A stretch of DNA of 64,000 nucleotides from a virus, in the IMG/VR virus record IMGVR_UViG_3300035670_000035, positions 1 through 64,000 of that record; one strand, given 5' to 3'. Positions 45,686 through 54,608 of this stretch are shown piece after piece. The position numbers were made by a program, and so were the translations under genes. How positions within the stretch are numbered: position 1 is the first letter of the stretch; every line of letters begins with the position of its first letter. The notes under the pieces were generated by a model. The model was not told the origin of the DNA. It saw only the letters and a program-made list of their open reading frames with translations, and did not search any database.

Positions 45686-46717
45686 ATGGAAATAGATTTT
45701 ACCGAACAATTAAAAGCAGCAAAAAAAGGCAAAGCTCCACTTAATAAGCCATTTCGTTTACCTTCTGGTAGTAAGAAGAAATTTGGAGTTTATGTAAAGA
45801 ATGATAAAGGCAACATTGTAATGGTCAAGTTTGGTGACCCAAATATGTCTATTAAAAGAGATAATCCAGCTAGACGCAAAGCATTTCGTTCTCGCCATTC
45901 TTGTGATGATAATCCTGGCCCAAAATGGAAAGCAAGATATTGGAGTTGCAGAATGTGGGAAGCTAAGAAATCAGTAACAGATTATACAAAAGGTAGTGAA
46001 GAAGAGATTACTTTAGAAGCCGAAATTCAAGCTAAAGGTAAAGGCCTCTGGTACAATATTCAACAAAAGAAAAAAAGAATGGGCAAGAATTATCGTCCAG
46101 CACCAGAAGGTTCTAAAGATCGCCCAACCCAAGAAGCTCTTAAAAAAGCTCAAGCTAATGATTATTTAAATGAAGAATATGAATGGGATGGAGAAACAGA
46201 ATTTGATCAAATTGTATTTTTAGAAGATAAATCATTGGCTCAAGTTGAAGAAGTAGAAGATGTCGAAGATGAATTTGAAGATTATAAAGAAGATTTTTAT
46301 GGAATGATAGTTGGCTCAATTAATTCTATATACCAACATTCAAAAAATATAATAGAAAAATTAGATGACCCAATGGTAAAAGAAAATCTTACAGAACCAT
46401 TCTTACAGCAAATGGCGATTCTCGCAGAAGATTATATGATTACAATTCATAATTTTGTAATGTTTAATAAAGAAAATGAAGAGCCAGAAGAAATGGAAGA
46501 GAGCGAAGCGTCTGCTATGTTTAAGGTTGGAGATAAAGTACGTAATATAAATGCAAATTGCAAACATTATGGTAGCGAAGGCGTAGTAAAAGAGATTCGT
46601 GAACTTCCAGAGGATATGGGATACGCAGTAGTCTATGAATGCACAAATGAAGGAGTGAATTGGAAAATGGGCGATACGCTGGGCAAAACAGAAGTACAAT
46701 TAAAGAAAATAAATTGA
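45686..46717 (+). CDS. modular conserved phage protein
   Basis: KFGDPNM...RHSCD...ARYWSC domain, acidic linker and C-terminal FKVGDKV SH3/KOW-like domain. Confidence 0.75.
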   Translation: MEIDFTEQLKAAKKGKAPLNKPFRLPSGSKKKFGVYVKNDKGNIVMVKFGDPNMSIKRDNPARRKAFRSRHSCDDNPGPKWKARYWSCRMWEAKKSVTDYTKGSEEEITLEAEIQAKGKGLWYNIQQKKKRMGKNYRPAPEGSKDRPTQEALKKAQANDYLNEEYEWDGETEFDQIVFLEDKSLAQVEEVEDVEDEFEDYKEDFYGMIVGSINSIYQHSKNIIEKLDDPMVKENLTEPFLQQMAILAEDYMITIHNFVMFNKENEEPEEMEESEASAMFKVGDKVRNINANCKHYGSEGVVKEIRELPEDMGYAVVYECTNEGVNWKMGDTLGKTEVQLKKIN

Positions 46718-46750
46718 ACAATATCTCCTACGTGTAATCTATAGGAGAAG

Positions 46751-47281
46751 GTGAATATTAAAAGATTCTTTGCTTGGTTTGGATGGAAAAGCAAACTAAC
46801 ATTAGTGCTTTTAATAAATGGGGCGATAGCTTATTACTCTCTTAATATAGGATTTAATTTAGCAAAAAATCACAGTATATCAAAATTGCCTAATTCTTGC
46901 TTTGTTGATTCTGTGGTCTTTGCTTCTAATGCTAATTATCTATTATCTCAAGAAAATACATGGGCGCAAATCTTCGCTTTTCAATTTCACTATACAGATG
47001 AATTAAATAATGTTTCAGTTATTTTTGATAAGACTTTAATAGAGTATAAAGTTTCTATACCTCGACACAGAGGGCATGCAATTTGTGTTTTTGAGCATAA
47101 AGGTATGCTTTGGGTTTATGATAGTAATTATGGCACAATGCCAGTTGGTCTTGCTGGCAATAGATCAGAATATCAAATAAGAATCACTAAATGGATAGAA
47201 GATAAATACAAAGCTATAGTTTTCAATAGCATACTGATAGATGATGATGCAGAAAGAACTAAAGCATGGATAAGAGAATAA
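46751..47281 (+). CDS. membrane-anchored protein with possible Cys-His-Asp triad
   Basis: N-terminal TM helix; NSCFVD, GHAICV and VYDSN; GGAG Shine-Dalgarno before GTG. Confidence 0.55.
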   Translation: MNIKRFFAWFGWKSKLTLVLLINGAIAYYSLNIGFNLAKNHSISKLPNSCFVDSVVFASNANYLLSQENTWAQIFAFQFHYTDELNNVSVIFDKTLIEYKVSIPRHRGHAICVFEHKGMLWVYDSNYGTMPVGLAGNRSEYQIRITKWIEDKYKAIVFNSILIDDDAERTKAWIRE

Positions 47282-47454
47282 TAAATCAATTAATAAGAGA
47301 TATTAAATTAATACCGCCTTCTCCTAATAATACCGAACAATTTATAGCTGAGTTCTGGGAATTTCATAAAAGAAAGAATAAAAAAAGAAACATTCTCTGG
47401 TTCTCAGTCTTGGCTGTAATCTTCTTTATATGTTGGATTTTATCAAAAAATTAA
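47266..47454 (+). CDS. small membrane protein
   Basis: Basic stretch followed by a C-terminal TM helix. Confidence 0.55.
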   Translation: MDKRIINQLIRDIKLIPPSPNNTEQFIAEFWEFHKRKNKKRNILWFSVLAVIFFICWILSKN

Positions 47455-47705
47455 AAGATTGGTGGCAGAATCTTGAATATTACGAGAAGTTCTTTTTTAT
47501 TGTTTTTATTCCAGCTATTTTGTTTACAATTTACGGACTCAGCGATCTTTACCTTAATCATTTTGATCTTCTGTCTAAAGAGCACCATTTGGGATTTTTT
47601 CTTAGGATCTTTTTTCCGATCTCTTTAGCTCTCTATGTTACTGCCTTAGAGCGCAGAAGAAGAAAGAAATTAATAAAAGATATTAAAAATTATTTAGATA
47701 AATAA
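47430..47705 (+). CDS. two-TM membrane protein
   Basis: Two hydrophobic helices and a basic C-terminal tail. Confidence 0.6.
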   Translation: MLDFIKKLKDWWQNLEYYEKFFFIVFIPAILFTIYGLSDLYLNHFDLLSKEHHLGFFLRIFFPISLALYVTALERRRRKKLIKDIKNYLDK

Positions 47706-47795
47706 TTATTTAATTCTTTCTTTTAAATAAAGAACGTAAATTAAAACTGCGCCACAGATTAACCAAGAGGCAATACTCATATAAAAAGTATTACA

Positions 47796-47826
47796 CTTAG
47801 CGCCAAGAATTGAACTTGACGCTAAG
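47796..47826 (-). terminator. hairpin downstream of Hsp20
   Basis: CTTAGCGTCAAG-TTCAATT-CTTGGCGCTAAG, 12 bp with one U-G pair on the minus strand. Confidence 0.7.
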
Positions 47827-47833
47827 ATTATTA

Positions 47834-48190
47834 TTAGTCTATTTTGATTTTATTTTGTAGTTTTTTATTTTCTTTACCAAAGGTAATTGAGAGCAAACCA
47901 TCTTCATGCTTTGCTTTTACCTCCGAAAGATCTACTTTTCTTGGCAAGTAAAAAGACTTCTCATATTTTACTTTGCCTTCTTTTCTTGTAGCCCTAACTG
48001 TTAGATATTCTTGATTTGTAGTAACATCAATATTTTCCTTTTTAAATCCTGCAAGAGGAATTTCAAGAGAATATTGATCATTTTCTAAAGCAAAGTCAGA
48101 ATATCCTTTATCATAATTAAATATAGAATCATTAAATATATTTTCAAATACATCTAATGGTCTACTTCCATTTCTTAATGTTAATAGCAT
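47834..48190 (-). CDS. small heat shock protein Hsp20
   Basis: EIPLAGFKKENIDV, FYLPRKVD and AKHEDGLLSI alpha-crystallin motifs; AAGGAGG Shine-Dalgarno. Confidence 0.92.
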   Translation of the reverse strand: MLLTLRNGSRPLDVFENIFNDSIFNYDKGYSDFALENDQYSLEIPLAGFKKENIDVTTNQEYLTVRATRKEGKVKYEKSFYLPRKVDLSEVKAKHEDGLLSITFGKENKKLQNKIKID

Positions 48191-48218
48191 ATTTTATGCC
48201 TCCTTTGCTTTATTTATT

Positions 48219-48234
48219 TGCAAGATCTATGCCA
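48219..48234 (-). promoter_or_regulatory. sigma54 (-24/-12) promoter
   Basis: TGGCATAGATCTTGCA, i.e. GG-N10-GC. Confidence 0.7.
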
Positions 48235-48265
48235 ACTCTCTACAGAGACAAAGAGATTAATTAGA

Positions 48266-48311
48266 GACAAAATGACATAATATCATAATTTATGAAGCTG
48301 ACAAAATGACA
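48266..48311. repeat. direct repeats GACAAAATGACA (two copies)
   Basis: Exact 12-mers at 48266-48277 and 48300-48311. Confidence 0.75.
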
Positions 48312-48323
48312 CTTTATAAAACT

Positions 48324-48352
48324 TTGATATTAATTTTATTTATAATTATAAT
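48324..48352 (+). promoter_or_regulatory. sigma70-type promoter, leaderless arrangement
   Basis: TTGATA-N17-TATAAT-N6-ATG. Confidence 0.7.
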
Positions 48353-48358
48353 AATTAT

Positions 48359-48916
48359 ATGGAGATATTTTTTTTAATATTTAAAATATTTTTTATATCT
48401 TTTAATTTACTTTCTATAGTTTTTATGCAAGAAGAAATAATTTCACCATTTCAAATATTTAAATTAAATAAAAAAACTAAGGCTTATTATAATAAAATAT
48501 ATAAAATATTATCTTTTATGAAAATTTATTATAATTGGGATATGTTTACAACGCATACCGAGAATTTTTATGATATCAAAATAACAGCAGAAACAGCAAG
48601 CGGTAAAAAAGACGTATGGTATTTAAATAAAGACAAACAAATAGGATTATTTAAAATAAATTCTAAAATGAGTATGAATTTTTTCTCTTTTAATTATCCA
48701 GGATGTGTAAAAAATTTTTTTAAAGATTATTTAATAGAAAGTTTAAAAAAATTTTATAAAGATAAAAATGAGATATTCTTATATCTAAAAATTGAAATGA
48801 TTTTGTATTCCTCTTTTGAAGATAAAGAGACTATTGAACTAAGATTAAAGCCTATAAAAACAGAAATAGATTTTGAATGGTTTGGAGTATATAATGTCAA
48901 TACAGGATATTTATAA
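48359..48916 (+). CDS. SdpA/DUF5819-like membrane-anchored protein
   Basis: N-terminal TM helix and NWDMF motif; directly upstream of the HTTM gene. Confidence 0.5.
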   Translation: MEIFFLIFKIFFISFNLLSIVFMQEEIISPFQIFKLNKKTKAYYNKIYKILSFMKIYYNWDMFTTHTENFYDIKITAETASGKKDVWYLNKDKQIGLFKINSKMSMNFFSFNYPGCVKNFFKDYLIESLKKFYKDKNEIFLYLKIEMILYSSFEDKETIELRLKPIKTEIDFEWFGVYNVNTGYL

Positions 48917-49754
48917 TTTCTTTTTTGAGTATAAGATACAAGCTTCTTTTGCTGCAGTTTTAAGAATTCTATATTGCTCTTTTCCTATGTTATGGTTTCT
49001 ATCTATAATTAAAGATTGTTGGGAATTTTCAAAACCAGATGGAATTTTTAATGCAAAAAAATATTCAGAATTATCAATGCAGTTTTCATTATTTGATCCA
49101 TTTTTATTTTCTAAATTTTTTCATAAATTAATTTTCATTTTATTTTTTATTTTTGGAGTAACTTCTATAATAGGATTATTTACCAATATTTCATTAATAA
49201 TATTTTTTATTGCTTTCGCATCAATACAATCTAGAATATTTCCTATAATTGCCACAGGAGGAGATTCGATAATTAGGATGATGTTAATTTCATTGATGTT
49301 TATAGATTGTGGAGCAAAATATTCAATAGATAATCTTTTAGGATTTAGTTCTAATTCAGAGATAATAGATGGCTGGACTTTAAGATTGCTTCAATTGAAT
49401 TTATGTATAATATATTTATTATCTGCAATAGTTAAATTAAAAGATCAAGAATGGATAAATGGTAATGTAGTTAAATATTCAATTTTTTGTGCTAGATGGG
49501 GAAGGAAAATAGTATTTAAACTACCATTAAATAAAAATTTAGAATTAATATTTAAATTATTAACTTGGTCCGTAATACTTTACGAATATTTTTCTTTCCC
49601 TTTATTCTTTATATCAGAATTAAGACCTTTTGCTATTATTTTTGGTATATTTTTTCATTTAGGAACAATATTATTTATGAGAATAGGCGCTTTTGGACCA
49701 ATAATGGTATTGGCTTTGTTAAGTTTTGCTAATCAATATTTCGCTAATTTATAA
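48873..49754 (+). CDS. HTTM-domain (SdpB / vitamin K-dependent carboxylase-like) membrane protein
   Basis: TGGDSIIR, AKYSID, LRLLQLNLCIIY..AIVKL..EWING and FHLG motifs. Confidence 0.8.
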   Translation: MNGLEYIMSIQDIYNFFFEYKIQASFAAVLRILYCSFPMLWFLSIIKDCWEFSKPDGIFNAKKYSELSMQFSLFDPFLFSKFFHKLIFILFFIFGVTSIIGLFTNISLIIFFIAFASIQSRIFPIIATGGDSIIRMMLISLMFIDCGAKYSIDNLLGFSSNSEIIDGWTLRLLQLNLCIIYLLSAIVKLKDQEWINGNVVKYSIFCARWGRKIVFKLPLNKNLELIFKLLTWSVILYEYFSFPLFFISELRPFAIIFGIFFHLGTILFMRIGAFGPIMVLALLSFANQYFANL

Positions 49755-49776
49755 AATTTTTGTGTAATATTTATGT

Positions 49777-50274
49777 ATGCCAATGCCTCAACCAAAAAAG
49801 AACGAAAAACAAAATGATTATATGGGTCGTTGCATGGAATTCATGAAAGACGAGAAATATCCACAAAAACAAAAAGTCGCAATTTGTTTAAATACTTTTC
49901 GTGGTCCTCAAAAGAAAGCTAAAGCAGAGATTGAGCTAGATATCAAAAACCCAGATTTAAACATACAAAATAATTCCAATAAACAAGAAATTCTTGAGGT
50001 TGATATTTCAGAGACCGAAGCCTATCAAAAAACATACAAGGGTAAAAAAAGAAGCGAACTAAAAGATAGCGATTTTCTTTTTCCAGAAACTAGAACTTTT
50101 CCTATAACAACACCACAAGACATACGTGATGCTATTAGTAATTTTGGCCGTATGAAGGGCGACATGACTTATGATGCTTTTATTAAAAAACTTTACAAAA
50201 AAGCCAAAAGCAAAGGCACTGATTTTGTAGCTGCTATTCCAGAAAAAACTAAAAAAGAACATAATCTTTCTTGA
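49777..50274 (+). CDS. phage protein with DUF6582-like C-terminus
   Basis: MPMPQPKKNE..DYMGRCM N-terminus; RSELKDSDFLFPETRTFPI...DAISNFGR. Confidence 0.6.
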   Translation: MPMPQPKKNEKQNDYMGRCMEFMKDEKYPQKQKVAICLNTFRGPQKKAKAEIELDIKNPDLNIQNNSNKQEILEVDISETEAYQKTYKGKKRSELKDSDFLFPETRTFPITTPQDIRDAISNFGRMKGDMTYDAFIKKLYKKAKSKGTDFVAAIPEKTKKEHNLS

Positions 50275-50299
50275 CTATAATACTTATTTAAGATAAAAT
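50271..50299 (+). promoter_or_regulatory. sigma70-type promoter
   Basis: TTGACT-N17-TAAAAT-N7-TTG. Confidence 0.6.
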
Positions 50300-50306
50300 A
50301 TTTATC

Positions 50307-51224
50307 TTGAATAATGTAAAAGATTATATTGTCTCCTATTACTCTAATAAGGTTTCTAATAAAAAACCTATAGAAGATATATTAAGTAATTCTACTCAAA
50401 AGAATATAGTAAATTATAACCAAGGCATTGGTGATGCTGTAGTTTTAAATAATCTATTATTTAAAGACGAAAATACAAGAAGCGATCTAAATATATTTAG
50501 TCTGTCCAAGCATTTCTCTGATGTGTTATACTTTAATAAGTTTAAAGATTCGAATCATATCAATAGTAATTCATTTTTTAGAGTAGAGATGCTTGAATTT
50601 CATAACGCTGGTAGCGGACATCTTATACAAAAGATGCGTAGATTTTTAAATCTTCCTGTTCATCAAAAACCTAAATCATATCTAGTCACAAATAAACAAA
50701 AAATTAGAAACAAAGTAGGAATCCATCTTACTACTGGATCAAGTGCATTTTTATTAAATATTCACAAGAACCCAAGGCAGATTTATAAAGAAAATATTAA
50801 AGTTATTAACGATTTTATTATTAGCAATCCACAATATTCATTCGTAGAGTTTGGAGGTCAATCAGTTGGACTAGAAAACTGTCATAACTTTTGCGGTAAA
50901 TCTATTATAGAATCTATAGAAGAATTATCTACATGTGAATATTTCATAGGATTAAATAGCAGCTTTATGAACCTAGCAGCTTGTTTTGATATTAAGTCTG
51001 TAATCATTATAAATATTCCAATAAAAGCCTCAGACGTTGTTCTTCCAGTACTAAAGGATATCGCAGTATCCGATATGAACTGGTTATATCCACAGAATAT
51101 TCATCTACATCAAGACTATGAATCTGAACTAGTCCCAAGATTCTCGATTGATAATCTTAAAAAGGCTTTTAATGGTGAAATTTATCCATTCTGGAAAGAA
51201 GATTATTTGGATTTAATATTTTAA
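50307..51224 (+). CDS. GT9-like glycosyltransferase
   Basis: GIGDAV and FIGLNSSFMNLAA, comparable to GT9 GxDSGxxHLAA. Confidence 0.65.
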   Translation: MNNVKDYIVSYYSNKVSNKKPIEDILSNSTQKNIVNYNQGIGDAVVLNNLLFKDENTRSDLNIFSLSKHFSDVLYFNKFKDSNHINSNSFFRVEMLEFHNAGSGHLIQKMRRFLNLPVHQKPKSYLVTNKQKIRNKVGIHLTTGSSAFLLNIHKNPRQIYKENIKVINDFIISNPQYSFVEFGGQSVGLENCHNFCGKSIIESIEELSTCEYFIGLNSSFMNLAACFDIKSVIIINIPIKASDVVLPVLKDIAVSDMNWLYPQNIHLHQDYESELVPRFSIDNLKKAFNGEIYPFWKEDYLDLIF

Positions 51225-51241
51225 ATTTATTATCATTAATA

Positions 51242-51580
51242 ATGATAGACCTATTAGTTGACGAAGCTTATGCTTTTGATTATTTAAGTATATTGCATGT
51301 CAAGAAAACAATTAATGAAAATATAGAGCCTATATGGAAAGAATGCTTCTTTTACATACAGAGACAAATAGGCGATAAATCAATGCAAGAAATAATACAT
51401 TCCACAGAATACAAGAACATGATTGAAGCTAATCAAATCACTTTTGATGCAGTTGAAAAAGCTAGATATGGATCAATTACCGCCAAAGAGGTAGACGAAG
51501 CTAATATGTTAAGATATAAAAGAAAATGCGAATTGCAAAATAAATTCTTTTCAGAAAAAATCAAAGAGATAAAAACATGA
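51242..51580 (+). CDS. hypothetical protein of sugar clusters (DUF6165-like)
   Basis: AFDYLSILHVK helix; located inside the glycan cluster. Confidence 0.5.
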   Translation: MIDLLVDEAYAFDYLSILHVKKTINENIEPIWKECFFYIQRQIGDKSMQEIIHSTEYKNMIEANQITFDAVEKARYGSITAKEVDEANMLRYKRKCELQNKFFSEKIKEIKT

Positions 51581-52296
51581 GAGTTATAGTTTTTACATTA
51601 TGGACTGGAAATTATGGCCCACTAGCACAAATAACTTCTAAAAATAAACAAGAATACTGTGATATTCAAAAATACCGCTTCGTAGAAAAAACTTCAGATT
51701 TTAAATTTCAACATACTGGTTTTGAAAAAATATATCAGACTCTACAACTATTAAAAAATAATGAATGCGATTTATTGTTTTGGTGTGGAACGGACACGTT
51801 AATTACAAACTATACCCTAAGACTACAAGACATGACAGATGAAAAACATGATTTTTTTATCACCACAGACGCCAATGATATTAATTCTGACGTATTTTTA
51901 ATTAAAAATAATTCAAGATCTATTGAGTTTTTTAGTGAAATTATAGATCTTTATGGAAAATACATAAGACATCCTTGGGCTGAACAACAAGCCATTATAG
52001 AAATGGTAAGATTGTGTCATGACGAAAACTTCGCTCCATGTAAAGATAATTGTCCAAAACCTAAATATTCAGATATAACTAAAATTGTACCACAAAAAAC
52101 TTTTAATTCTTATAATTATTTAATGTATCCAGATCATAACTTTGGTAGCGCAATAGAAAGATTTAGAAAGCAGCAAGATTTCTATGGAAATTATGGACAA
52201 TGGGAGCAAGGAGATTTTATGATCCATTGGCCAGGAAAATCTCTAGGCGAAAGAATATATTTAGCCAATCATTATAGTCAATATATAGTTAAATAA
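51577..52296 (+). CDS. GT34-like glycosyltransferase
   Basis: FWCGTDTLI, NSDVFLIKN, WAEQQA and GDFMIHWPG. Confidence 0.7.
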   Translation: MRVIVFTLWTGNYGPLAQITSKNKQEYCDIQKYRFVEKTSDFKFQHTGFEKIYQTLQLLKNNECDLLFWCGTDTLITNYTLRLQDMTDEKHDFFITTDANDINSDVFLIKNNSRSIEFFSEIIDLYGKYIRHPWAEQQAIIEMVRLCHDENFAPCKDNCPKPKYSDITKIVPQKTFNSYNYLMYPDHNFGSAIERFRKQQDFYGNYGQWEQGDFMIHWPGKSLGERIYLANHYSQYIVK

Positions 52297-52299
52297 AAC

Positions 52300-52328
52300 T
52301 TGATTATCTTATAAATCTATAATAGAAT
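52300..52328 (+). promoter_or_regulatory. sigma70-type promoter
   Basis: TTGATT-N17-TAGAAT-N7-ATG. Confidence 0.6.
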
Positions 52329-52335
52329 CATACTA

Positions 52336-53658
52336 ATGGACTCTAAACTAATAAAGATTTTATCTGATATTTCAGAATATCTATCAGAGAAAAAGCTAAA
52401 TAAAGTTTGGGAAGCTGGAAAAGATTGGGTACAATATGCTGGACCACACTTCTCAAATGAAGAATATCTTTCTGCGATAGAAAGTCTTTTAAACGGCTGG
52501 CTAGTTCTTGGTGAGAAAGGTATATCTTTCGAAAATCAATTTCCAAAACTCTTAAATAAAGAATATGGAATATTGACAAATAGCGGAAGTAGTTCTAATT
52601 TAATTATGATGTCAGCTATGACATCTAAAAGATTATATAATTTTCCTAAGAACACAAAAGTAATTACTCCAATAGCAGGATTTCCAACAACTATAAATCC
52701 TATATTTCAAGTTGGTTTTATTCCAGCTTTTGTAGACATTGATTTAGATACTCTTAATCTTAATTTAGATCAAGTAGAAGAAGAGGCCAAAAAAGGTGCA
52801 AAAATCATAACCTTTGCTCATGTTCTTGGTAATCCTCCAAATATGCGAAGACTACAAGAAATTATCAAACAATATAACTTAATTCTTTTAGAAGATTGTT
52901 GTGACGCTTTAGGATCAACATTTGATAATAAACCTCTTGGAAGTTTTGGTGAATTTGCAAGTTGCTCTTTTTATCCTGCCCATCATATGACAATGGGAGA
53001 AGGTGGATTTGTCGCTTGTAATACACATCAACAAGAAATAGTCGCAAGAAGTTTTAGAGAATGGGGACGAGGATGTTATTGCGTAGGTAAAAAAGCTAAT
53101 CTATTAAAGAATGGAACTTGTAAAAGTAGATTTTCTAATTGGCTTCCTTCTTTACCAAATGAAGTTTTTGATCATAAATATGTTTATGATGAAATAGGTT
53201 ATAACTTGAAGCCTATTGAGTTACAAGCCGCTATAGGATTGATTCAAATGAATAAATTGCCAGAGATCCATACAAGAAGAAAATTAAATCATTCTAGACT
53301 TACTAATATTTTTTATAAATTCAAAGAACACTTCATATTACCACGAGCAACTGATTGGGCAGACCCAAGTTGGTTTGCATTTGCTTTAACTATTAAAGAC
53401 AACGCTCCTTTTAAAAGAAAAGATATAGTAAATTTTATTGAAGATAGAAAAATACAAACAAGACCTTATTTTGCTGGTAATATAATGTTACAACCAGCAT
53501 ACTCTGGAATGATTAATCATGAAGAAGTCATAAATAAATATCCAATAGCAAGAAAAGTAACAACAGATACATTTTTTCTTGGTACAAGTCCAGTAATAAC
53601 AAACGAGCAACTAGATTATGTAGAGGAAGTCGTAAATGACTTTTTTAAAACAATATGA
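52336..53658 (+). CDS. rfbH: NDP-4-keto-6-deoxyglucose 3-dehydrase (RfbH/DdhC family)
   Basis: NSGSSSN, EDCCDALG, SFYPAHHMTMGEGG (His in place of the PLP Lys) and GRGCYC. Confidence 0.9.
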   Translation: MDSKLIKILSDISEYLSEKKLNKVWEAGKDWVQYAGPHFSNEEYLSAIESLLNGWLVLGEKGISFENQFPKLLNKEYGILTNSGSSSNLIMMSAMTSKRLYNFPKNTKVITPIAGFPTTINPIFQVGFIPAFVDIDLDTLNLNLDQVEEEAKKGAKIITFAHVLGNPPNMRRLQEIIKQYNLILLEDCCDALGSTFDNKPLGSFGEFASCSFYPAHHMTMGEGGFVACNTHQQEIVARSFREWGRGCYCVGKKANLLKNGTCKSRFSNWLPSLPNEVFDHKYVYDEIGYNLKPIELQAAIGLIQMNKLPEIHTRRKLNHSRLTNIFYKFKEHFILPRATDWADPSWFAFALTIKDNAPFKRKDIVNFIEDRKIQTRPYFAGNIMLQPAYSGMINHEEVINKYPIARKVTTDTFFLGTSPVITNEQLDYVEEVVNDFFKTI

Positions 53659-54608
53659 AAATCGTCTACATAACTGGATGTCTTGGATTTATAGGTTCAT
53701 ATGTCACTAGACTTTGCCTTGATAAAGGTTGGTATGTAAAAGGTGTTGATAAAATTACTTATGCAGCAAATAAAAATCTCTTAGATGAATTTCAAAAATA
53801 TAAAAACTTTTCTTTTGTACATTGTGATATAAATGATTTAAAATTTTTATATGATTGTGATTATGTTATTAATACCGCAGCTGAAACTCATGTAGGTAAT
53901 TCTATTAGCAATAGTGATGATTTTATTTCATCAAATATTGACGGAGTTCATAATATATTAAATTTAATAAAAAACTATAGACAAGAATCAAATAAAAAAC
54001 CAATACTTTTACATTTTAGCACAGATGAAGTATATGGCGATATAAATAATGGAATTCATCTAGAAACAGATATTTTAAAACCTTCTAATCCATATTCAGC
54101 AACAAAAGCGGCAGCGGACATGTTAATATTAGCGTGGGCAAGAACCTATGGCATAAATTATGTAATAGTTAGACCAACAAATAATTATGGTATAGGACAA
54201 TATGTTGAAAAATTAATACCCAAAACATGCAAATATTTAAATTTAGGAAGAAAAGTTCCACTTCATAATAATGGAACTCCAATAAGAAATTGGCTACATG
54301 CAGAAGATACTGCAAAAGCGATAATTAAAATTATAGAAAAAGGAGTAAAAAACGATATTTATAATATCTCAGGAGGATTTGAGCAATCAAATTTAGAAAC
54401 AGTAAATAAGATAATATCCATTTTTTTAAATAATAAACCATATGATATTAATGATTATGTAGATTTTTCATTTTCTAGAATTGGCCAAGATATAAGATAT
54501 GCTTTAAATGATAATAAATTAAAACAATTAGATTGGAAAGCAGAAGCAGTTTTTGATAACGAGATAAAAAACATTGTTGAATATTATAAAAATATTTTTA
54601 TTTGGTAA
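53655..54608 (+). CDS. rfbB: dTDP-glucose 4,6-dehydratase-like protein
   Basis: TGCLGFIG, AAETHV, STDEVYG, PYSATK, TNNYG and RIGQDIRY. Confidence 0.85.
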   Translation: MKIVYITGCLGFIGSYVTRLCLDKGWYVKGVDKITYAANKNLLDEFQKYKNFSFVHCDINDLKFLYDCDYVINTAAETHVGNSISNSDDFISSNIDGVHNILNLIKNYRQESNKKPILLHFSTDEVYGDINNGIHLETDILKPSNPYSATKAAADMLILAWARTYGINYVIVRPTNNYGIGQYVEKLIPKTCKYLNLGRKVPLHNNGTPIRNWLHAEDTAKAIIKIIEKGVKNDIYNISGGFEQSNLETVNKIISIFLNNKPYDINDYVDFSFSRIGQDIRYALNDNKLKQLDWKAEAVFDNEIKNIVEYYKNIFIW

